Assembly: GCF_900141845.1 (NCBI RefSeq)
Contig: NZ_FQZB01000006.1
Span: 131,165 to 155,164, forward strand
Length of the DNA: 24,000 nt
Source of the DNA: Clostridium cavendishii DSM 21758
Lineage (GTDB): Bacteria; Bacillota; Clostridia; Clostridiales; Clostridiaceae
Reading direction: 5' to 3'
The position numbers and the translations under genes are program-made. Positions 16,836 through 24,000 of the stretch are shown here, one piece after another (the stretch's first letter is position 1; each line of letters opens with the position of its first letter). The notes under the pieces are model-generated. The model saw nothing but the letters and a program-made list of their open reading frames with translations, did not search any database and was not told the DNA's origin.

Positions 16836-19800
16836 ATTTATTCTTTTGCATTTCCATCCAAAAAGCATTATCTTGCATATAGATAACATCTTCAACATTT
16901 CCTAGCTTTACTAAACTCTTATGTTGTTCTAATGACTTTATCTTAGTAAACAGCTCATCTTCCTGTGTCTTATTCGTTGTATTATATATAAACTTTATGT
17001 CTTTTATTGAAAGGTCTGATACCTTGTGTACTATCCAAGTTAGGATATAGTTTGCATACTCATTATCTCCTGTAGAAAAATGGCTTAGTAGCTGTGTTGA
17101 TAGTATTGTTCCTACTCCAAACATTCTACCTTCTTTTAAGATCTTCTTTAAACTTTGGAAATTTTCACACAAGAAGTTATCAGCCTCATCAACTAATATC
17201 ATCTTACTCAACTGTCTATACTTGTCATCAAGTTTACTTTCTCCTAATACTTTCATTTGTGAATAGAAGATATCTAGTATTATACCTACAACTAAGTTTT
17301 GAATATCCGAATCACTGTTTGAAAGGTTTATTACTGTAACTCCATCAATCATATCATATAATGATTTAGAGTTATCCACATCTGGATCAAATATTTCAAA
17401 ATCATATAACTTATCTAAACATGTAAATAGTTTATCTTGCTTTACATCTTCATCATCAAAAAACTCTCTGCATACTTCTGCTATAGTTGGTGGTTTTTTA
17501 GTCCATGTATTTGGATCATTCTTTTTAATTCCACGTTTATCATATGCATTCATTATAAGTTCTTTTAATTTGTTCTCTTGGACTACACCTAAACCAAAAG
17601 CTGTAGTCATTGTATGTTTCAAAGCATTAGCAGTGTATAATGGTAATAAGTTTTTCTCCTTATTTCCCTGAACTAATTCTAGTGGATTAAATGGAAGATG
17701 ATATGTCTCATATACCTTAGCATTTGTAGCCTCAACAAATTCATTATCTATATAATCACCTTTATAATCAAATATTAACAATCCAATCTTTTTACCATCA
17801 ATATTTTGATAAGTATTTTTATTTAATTGATATATAAGAGATTTAGTAAACTGAGTTTTACCAGTTCCCATAGTTCCAATTATACCTGTATTAGTATGAT
17901 TATTTTGTATTGAATCAGTTGGATTCCAAATCACCTCACAATCTCTATGAATATCTCTTCCAAAAAGAACTGATAATGGCCCTTTAGTTTCTGCAACTGC
18001 CCCAGTATCTTCACCACTATTTCCATCATATATCGCACTTGATTCTTCATCATTTGAATTATCATTAATAGACGTTTCTTCTTTCATTTCACAAACTCTA
18101 CCTTCATATAGGTTATATAATAATGTATCACTCTTTATATCGCTCTTATCTAATATAAAATTGTTCTTTATTTCTTCAACACTTCTTAAAATATTTCTAT
18201 ATCCTGATGCTTCTGGGAATACTAATTCTAAAATCTTATTTCCCTTATCATATTCTTCCTGATTAAAAGCATCTCCTAATTCATCAACACCAATTGAAAC
18301 AAGTTCACCATTCTTTTCAAATGATATATCACTTTTAAAAGTAAATATAGCACCTCTTCCAATTATCTCATCTAAACTATTAGATATTCTATAATCATCA
18401 TTTAATAACTTTGCTCTTACATCAGTTTCTATAATAGAATCCCAATTTTGTTCATCCCACACATTATAAAGCTTTAATTTCTCGATGCTTACAAGAACTA
18501 ATTTAATTAGAAAATCTCTAAATATCTTTGCTTGTAATTTATCATTGATTTCTTTGCTTATATTCCTTTCTATATGATTTCTTGTTTTGTAAGCTTGTAG
18601 CTTCGCCTTTTTAGTTACATCCCCTTTAATTTGCCCAATCTTAACTTCAATTGGATAATAGTGAACATCTATATTACCATCAGCACAACATTCTATTCCT
18701 ACTAATAACAAGTCATCTGAATAAGCACCATCACCACTTAAATTTTTTACTGAGAACAAACCTTCTTTACTACTTAAACCACAACCTTTGGATACTCTTA
18801 GAATTTCCTCTAATGAAATTGGGACCCATACAATTTTTTTATTGTAAAAATATGACAAACTTAACTTTATAGTAGATACGATACTAAGCTTCTCTCTATC
18901 TTCATATCCATTACAAGAAATAATTTTTAATAACCAATCTCCATTTATCGCATTAAAACAGTTTATTACTTTAGTTATTGACTCTTCATCATTTCCTAAT
19001 AATACATTTTTATTTTCTAAGAAACTCTTTATTACTTCCTTATATTGCTTAGTCTTTTTAGTTACTGTAATAGAATCATATCCAGAAGATGGTGTATATT
19101 GATCACTATAATGTATAATAAGTAAATCTTTTTCTTCAATAGTATCTTTAAAAAATTGTAATCCAACCATTGGATTTATGAATGTTACCCAATTTGCAGA
19201 TTCATAAATACGATTTAATTGATCTTCTTTATATTCATCTATAGCGGTAGTTTTGCACCTACTATCATCAAATGGTGATTCATTTTCAGCAGAACAAATT
19301 AATGCATTCATTTTAGTAGCCATTTTTAGAAGTGTATTTTTAGAATGAATAAATTTAGTTCCATACCCTGTTCTATATGATTTAGATATTTCTTTAGAAG
19401 GAACTGATGATAATAATCCACCAAGTGATACACCCGTGTTTATATTATCCATTATCGTATTTTTATTAGAGAACTCATGCTCCATTTCGTAGAATGTTAT
19501 ATGACTATATTCATACTTAGTAGTATCATAATTTTTTATATAACAGCTAAGCTTTGAATTTACGATATCAAAAATATCATCCTTAGAATACTTCTTATTG
19601 CTAGATTTTATTGCAAATGATAAACCTAGCTTTTCCTCTGCATCCTCAACATGCACATAATTTTGAAGTTCCTCAAATACACTATCACCAGACTTATTGT
19701 ATATATTAATAATAAGTGGTCTTAACTTCTCAATTCCCTTACTCTTTAATCCTTCAGTATAATAGTCTATTATACCTTGTAAAATATCTTTAGAGTATCC

Positions 19801-22107
19801 TGTATTAATTAAATTAATCTTTAATGGCAGTTCTGTAGATAAAAATAAAGTCTTAAAGTGTTTTATAAATTCATTTATTTTTTCTCTAACTAACTTCTTA
19901 ACAAATCCTCTGTTTCTTTCATTAAAATCAATATCATTTATTACATATTGCTTCCACTCTTTAGAATGATTTTGTTCTAAAGATCTATAAAGCTTTTCTC
20001 CACCAAAAGATATATAAGGAATGAGGTTTGTTGAATCTAATTTATTAGCAATTTCTTTTTCTAAATCTTCCTCATCAGAAATCACTTTATCCTTTAACTC
20101 TTCTGTGATCATAAGTTGATATGACACATTAATAGGGTGTAATGGTGTTAGTAAGATCTGTCTAGCTGAACCCATTACTTCTATTGTCCCAACTCTTAGT
20201 AAATCAACAATTTCATCACACATATTGTCATTGTACTCAATCTTTTCCAATTTGGAATAGTATATATCAATATACGTTTTTAATCTTTCTTCTAAATCTT
20301 CATCAATATAAGCTAAGCTTGGTAAAACAACATTTGATTTATAGTATTCAAAAATTCTGTTATAAGCTTCTTTTAACTTATCACAAACTTTTAACTCTCT
20401 AATCTTTAGTTTTCCATTTGATTCTACGAAGGCCATTCCTCCATTTTTCAAGATAAATTCTTCTCTATCAAGATTAACTTTAAATTCATCATAAGCAAAA
20501 TTAACTTCACCATCTTTACTAATTTTGTTATCTAAAAATTTATAGCTCCCCTTATCTCTTAATTTATTTATCCAAATTTGTCTTCCACTAATACGTGTAA
20601 TCTTAGAATTGCTTCCAACAATATTAAAAGGAATTATTAGATTATCTAGCCTAAGATTAAATCTATATGCATCTTCATTTTCATCTATTTTTATCTTATT
20701 TTTCACCTTAAACTTATTAATAGCGTTAATAGGTACATTCTCATCTTGGAAATTCAAAGTTATTGATGATGTATCTTCACCATATGGATTTAACGTAAAC
20801 TCTGAATCCGATGTCATGAGCGTAATGTTTTGCTCTTTTTTAGTTATCTTTATAGTGTAATTAGTTCTTACAACTGTATCCTCAAATATAGCTTTATCCA
20901 TTGGAATAACGACGATCTTAAACTCATAATTACTCTTTCCTGAATAAGATACCTTACAAAAACTAACTTCGTCTTCCAATTCTTCTAATATAACATTAAT
21001 CTTCCTATTATTTATCTTAGCTGAAACATTCTGCCCAAAATCACATTTAACACCTTTACCTTTCATAGCTTCTAACTTATTATCAAAAACAAAAGATAAT
21101 TTGATAGTATCAACTTTATCTTTATTAAAAATAATTATGTTTCTCTTTCTTCTTTGTGCCTTAGTTGTACCTTCTTCCTTCTCCCAATAATCTTCCTTAG
21201 AGATATTTTCTATAGAACTACATTCATAGATGATATCCTTTTCCTCATAATTATCCATAGACTGCCTAACAACTTTATATTCTTCATTAAACCAGGCTTT
21301 ATTAGCTAATTTCTTTTTTCCTGTTTCATCTAAAAACTTTTCTAAATTACTCTCTATATCTCCACCATACTTATGGATATTGTCTATCTTTAAGTACGCT
21401 TGCGAGTTCTCATTTAACCTACTAATAGCTTCCTTCTCATCATTAATTGTATCTAGCTTAAGATCTCTAAATAATTCAAATTCTTTAAATTCAGAATCAT
21501 CTATATAGCCCTTATTTATTATAGATACTATATCGCTATACTGTAATATTGATTGACCTTCATCAGAATCTTCTCGCTCCCTTCTTCTTAGGTCAAACTT
21601 TAATACATATTTTGCACTTAATGCAAGATTACTTTTATCTATAAGATAATTTATATCATTTATTAATGTCTTAGAATGGAATGGCATACCTTCCTTTTGA
21701 AAGTTTATAACTCCATCTGTGATAGTATCTTTATTACTTGTATGAATGAATAATATTGCTGAATTCTTAAATTGCGACTTCATGTTGGTACTAACTTCAT
21801 TTCTTAATGTAGCTAAGAAATCTGGATTAACACCATCAATTGTAGCTGCAACAATTAATATAATATCATTAAACTTAATTGAATATGTTGTATATTCCTC
21901 ATACTTCTCATTAACTTGATATTTAAATAGTTTACTGTCAGAGACGTTTTTTATTTCTTCATATAAGTGCTTTACATCTGACTCTTTTTCAAATTGAATT
22001 TCATATCTATCACCATAATAAATTCTTGTCCCATCAAAATATTCAACAACCTTTTTAGCTAAAAAATTATAAAATTGATCTAACATATAATGCATCCCCA
22101 CTATCAC
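16834..22107 (-). CDS. dptH: DNA phosphorothioation-dependent restriction protein DptH, HerA/FtsK-like ATPase; probable start at 22086
   Basis: ~1750 aa; C-terminal HerA-like ATPase: 'GRDIHRDCEVIWNPTDSIQNNHTNTGIIGTMGTGKTQFTKSLI' (Walker A 17854..17877) and 'LSKMILVDEADNFL' (Walker B). Located downstream of dptG- and dptF-like genes. A GGGG-type RBS precedes ATG at 22086 (MLDQFYNFLAKKVV). Confidence 0.87.
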   Translation of the reverse strand: MIVGMHYMLDQFYNFLAKKVVEYFDGTRIYYGDRYEIQFEKESDVKHLYEEIKNVSDSKLFKYQVNEKYEEYTTYSIKFNDIILIVAATIDGVNPDFLATLRNEVSTNMKSQFKNSAILFIHTSNKDTITDGVINFQKEGMPFHSKTLINDINYLIDKSNLALSAKYVLKFDLRRREREDSDEGQSILQYSDIVSIINKGYIDDSEFKEFELFRDLKLDTINDEKEAISRLNENSQAYLKIDNIHKYGGDIESNLEKFLDETGKKKLANKAWFNEEYKVVRQSMDNYEEKDIIYECSSIENISKEDYWEKEEGTTKAQRRKRNIIIFNKDKVDTIKLSFVFDNKLEAMKGKGVKCDFGQNVSAKINNRKINVILEELEDEVSFCKVSYSGKSNYEFKIVVIPMDKAIFEDTVVRTNYTIKITKKEQNITLMTSDSEFTLNPYGEDTSSITLNFQDENVPINAINKFKVKNKIKIDENEDAYRFNLRLDNLIIPFNIVGSNSKITRISGRQIWINKLRDKGSYKFLDNKISKDGEVNFAYDEFKVNLDREEFILKNGGMAFVESNGKLKIRELKVCDKLKEAYNRIFEYYKSNVVLPSLAYIDEDLEERLKTYIDIYYSKLEKIEYNDNMCDEIVDLLRVGTIEVMGSARQILLTPLHPINVSYQLMITEELKDKVISDEEDLEKEIANKLDSTNLIPYISFGGEKLYRSLEQNHSKEWKQYVINDIDFNERNRGFVKKLVREKINEFIKHFKTLFLSTELPLKINLINTGYSKDILQGIIDYYTEGLKSKGIEKLRPLIINIYNKSGDSVFEELQNYVHVEDAEEKLGLSFAIKSSNKKYSKDDIFDIVNSKLSCYIKNYDTTKYEYSHITFYEMEHEFSNKNTIMDNINTGVSLGGLLSSVPSKEISKSYRTGYGTKFIHSKNTLLKMATKMNALICSAENESPFDDSRCKTTAIDEYKEDQLNRIYESANWVTFINPMVGLQFFKDTIEEKDLLIIHYSDQYTPSSGYDSITVTKKTKQYKEVIKSFLENKNVLLGNDEESITKVINCFNAINGDWLLKIISCNGYEDREKLSIVSTIKLSLSYFYNKKIVWVPISLEEILRVSKGCGLSSKEGLFSVKNLSGDGAYSDDLLLVGIECCADGNIDVHYYPIEVKIGQIKGDVTKKAKLQAYKTRNHIERNISKEINDKLQAKIFRDFLIKLVLVSIEKLKLYNVWDEQNWDSIIETDVRAKLLNDDYRISNSLDEIIGRGAIFTFKSDISFEKNGELVSIGVDELGDAFNQEEYDKGNKILELVFPEASGYRNILRSVEEIKNNFILDKSDIKSDTLLYNLYEGRVCEMKEETSINDNSNDEESSAIYDGNSGEDTGAVAETKGPLSVLFGRDIHRDCEVIWNPTDSIQNNHTNTGIIGTMGTGKTQFTKSLIYQLNKNTYQNIDGKKIGLLIFDYKGDYIDNEFVEATNAKVYETYHLPFNPLELVQGNKEKNLLPLYTANALKHTMTTAFGLGVVQENKLKELIMNAYDKRGIKKNDPNTWTKKPPTIAEVCREFFDDEDVKQDKLFTCLDKLYDFEIFDPDVDNSKSLYDMIDGVTVINLSNSDSDIQNLVVGIILDIFYSQMKVLGESKLDDKYRQLSKMILVDEADNFLCENFQSLKKILKEGRMFGVGTILSTQLLSHFSTGDNEYANYILTWIVHKVSDLSIKDIKFIYNTTNKTQEDELFTKIKSLEQHKSLVKLGNVEDVIYMQDNAFWMEMQKNK

Positions 22108-23479
22108 TTTTCTTTTCTAATACATTTAATCTTTGATAAAAATCAATTAATCTATTTCTTGAATCCTTATCTAGATAAACCCCTCTTCTTTCAAGTTCTT
22201 TTATAATGTATTGTAATCTAACCTTTTGCTCATCTTTTATACATAGTTTAGTTAATAGTATTACATATTCTTCTGTTAAGTTTAATGTCATCCCATTTCT
22301 TCCCCTATTTCTTAAGAAGTTATTTCTACAAAACTCAAAGAACCAATCGTAATAACGACGACTTAACTCTATGGCATTTGTAACCTTCGAATGATGATTA
22401 TGTATTAAGCCATATAATTTTTCAACTTCAACTAAAATATCATCCTCAGTATCAGAGTCAAATTCATACTCTGTCCAATATTCATTTTCATCTTTTATAG
22501 CAGCTTCGTACATAGCTACTACTTCAGATAAATTCTGCCATGTCTCTAGTTTCTCATCATCATTCATTTTGCTAACTAATTCTTTAAATTCCTTGTAAGT
22601 ATAGTTATTATGACCAGCTTCTGAACAGTTTAAAATATTTAGACATATTTCATGAGATCTTAAACTATTTATAGCATTTTCTACTAAGCACCATCCATTT
22701 TCATATCCTATACGCCCTTTAGAAACCTTTTCCCAATCAAACGTAAAGTATATTAGCGGTACTTCCTTTTCATCAAACATATTATTTAAATTACCAACTG
22801 CCCTTAATATATAAACTACATAATAGAACTTTAAAAGAGTTACTATTTGAGAACAAAAATTCCTCTTTCCTTTTAAAAGATATTTCAAATCCTCATTAAA
22901 AACAGACGTAATTTCTTCTGCGAAATTCTTATATTGTTTCTTTTTCTTTTCACTATTTATAGCTACCTCTGGTAGCTTATCTAAAATTAAATCAGTTAAA
23001 ACATTTCCTGTTTTGTTTTCAAACACTTCTTCAATACATTTTCCATAGTTCTCTTTTTCATCAAATAAAACATCATATAGAAAATTCCCCATTTCTATGT
23101 TTTCTTCCTCTGTCATTGAATAAACTAAAACTTTAGGATGAAACTTTGCAATGCCCTTATCTTCATCAAAGAAAATTGTTGAAACTACTTCTTTAAACTT
23201 TTCTTTATCATTTTCAGTCTCAAACTCTACTGAATTTATAATATCTGAAAAGAATACCTCTTTATTAAACTCAGTTACATTACAATTTAATAAGTTACAA
23301 CAAAAAGCTCCAATACACTCATCAAACCTTTTTATGATATCCTTATGCTCCTTTAATGGTCTAACATTATATGGAACTATTAATTTATCTTTAGTTTTAG
23401 GCTTATGCGTTGGTTTCTTAGTCGGATCCTTCATACTATAATCCTTCTTTACTTTGCTTATATCAATCTTATATCCCAT
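22067..23479 (-). CDS. dptG: DNA phosphorothioation-dependent restriction protein DptG, 470 aa
   Basis: Position between dptF- and dptH-like genes with overlapping ends; N-terminus 'KDKLIVPYNVRPLKEHKDIIKRFDECIGAFCCNLLNCN' and overall size fit DptG. RBS GAGGTG. Confidence 0.75.
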   Translation of the reverse strand: MGYKIDISKVKKDYSMKDPTKKPTHKPKTKDKLIVPYNVRPLKEHKDIIKRFDECIGAFCCNLLNCNVTEFNKEVFFSDIINSVEFETENDKEKFKEVVSTIFFDEDKGIAKFHPKVLVYSMTEEENIEMGNFLYDVLFDEKENYGKCIEEVFENKTGNVLTDLILDKLPEVAINSEKKKKQYKNFAEEITSVFNEDLKYLLKGKRNFCSQIVTLLKFYYVVYILRAVGNLNNMFDEKEVPLIYFTFDWEKVSKGRIGYENGWCLVENAINSLRSHEICLNILNCSEAGHNNYTYKEFKELVSKMNDDEKLETWQNLSEVVAMYEAAIKDENEYWTEYEFDSDTEDDILVEVEKLYGLIHNHHSKVTNAIELSRRYYDWFFEFCRNNFLRNRGRNGMTLNLTEEYVILLTKLCIKDEQKVRLQYIIKELERRGVYLDKDSRNRLIDFYQRLNVLEKKSDSGDALYVRSIL

Positions 23480-24000
23480 TATTTAATCACCTCAAATTTA
23501 TACTTACCAAACTTTTTAGTGAACTTAAATGTTTCTACCCCATCAGCTATGTTTTCTTTAATATAGATCTCTTTATTTTGCTCTCCATAATTCTTTATCT
23601 TTTCAATGGAATCAATAAAGCTAATAAAATCACTTCTTTCCTTTTTCTTTGGAATATACCCTTGTCTTACTTTTGTTAATAATTTATATAGCTTGTAATC
23701 AAGCTTAATAGTTAATCTATCACCCTTATTCTTTATAACAAAATCTAATATTATATTTGAAACAAACTTATCTAGCCTTCCCGTTAAAACTTTATTTTCT
23801 AATTCATCTTCTTCACATTCTAAATATAACTTTTCATATGTCTTAAACCTATTTTGCGATTTCCCCATATTTATTCTTATATTACTATCTGAAGATTTAA
23901 CATTGTCCAATTTATATATAGCTTCACTTACCAAATCATATAAATCTCCTAATTCTGTAATATTATTAGTATTAAAGACATACAAGTATTTAATAAATTC
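23479..24000 (-). CDS. dptF: DNA phosphorothioation-dependent restriction protein DptF, C-terminal part (gene continues past the right edge)
   Basis: The frame is open upstream of the supplied start (EFIKYLYVFNTNNITELGDLYDLVSEAIYKLDN...) to base 24000; TAATG stop/start overlap with dptG; order matches dptF-G-H. Confidence 0.78.
   Translation of the reverse strand, partial: EFIKYLYVFNTNNITELGDLYDLVSEAIYKLDNVKSSDSNIRINMGKSQNRFKTYEKLYLECEEDELENKVLTGRLDKFVSNIILDFVIKNKGDRLTIKLDYKLYKLLTKVRQGYIPKKKERSDFISFIDSIEKIKNYGEQNKEIYIKENIADGVETFKFTKKFGKYKFEVIK

Noticed and set aside
17094-20860. Plus-strand ORFs 17094..17339, 18651..18872, 20184..20402 and 20609..20860
   Set aside because: All are embedded antisense in the dptH-like gene and have Leu/Ser/Tyr/His-biased composition typical of shadow ORFs.
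16834-22107. Alternative assignment of the large HerA-like ATPase to another HerA-based defence system
   Set aside because: Its ~1750 aa size and the overlapping upstream DptG- and DptF-like genes favour DptH; it should still be confirmed by HMM.
23151-23441. Plus-strand ORF of 96 aa
   Set aside because: Antisense shadow ORF within the dptG-like gene; the Ser/Leu-rich translation resembles nothing known.
1-24000. CRISPR array, tRNA or rRNA genes
   Set aside because: No regularly spaced direct repeats, and no cloverleaf or rRNA-like sequence noticed by eye. The SLATT gene was considered as Csx27 (the alternative RADAR membrane accessory), but the two-TM 'SWLRYRQAVE' pattern fits SLATT better.

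Overview
AT-rich, Clostridium/Bacillota-like window, almost entirely coded on the minus strand, that reads as a defence/accessory island. The two strongest assignments are adjacent anti-phage modules. (1) A RADAR-type operon, transcribed 15262->9278: a SLATT/DUF4231-like small membrane protein (RdrD-like), a 939-aa P-loop ATPase (RdrA-like) and an 886-aa divergent adenosine deaminase (RdrB-like), with translational coupling and a strong 3' hairpin terminator. (2) The DNA-phosphorothioation-dependent restriction cluster dptF(partial)-dptG-dptH, transcribed from the right edge to 16834. Between them is a plus-strand, uncharacterised 333/340-aa protein with a winged-helix-like C-terminus, convergent with dptH and divergent from the RADAR operon. 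The left half holds an MFS transporter with an unknown partner, a multi-domain HNH/AP2-like protein, GNAT proteins (one a remnant), a PD-(D/E)XK protein whose conserved N-terminus extends upstream of the annotated start with no canonical start codon, a NUDIX hydrolase, and an Rpn/PD-(D/E)XK transposase-family gene next to a truncated copy. Two hairpins with an identical core flank the intact Rpn gene. Neither main module is new as a family. The co-localisation, the intervening unknown gene, the hairpins and the start-codon anomaly are the items most worth following up. All family assignments come from sequence motifs read by eye; no database search was run.
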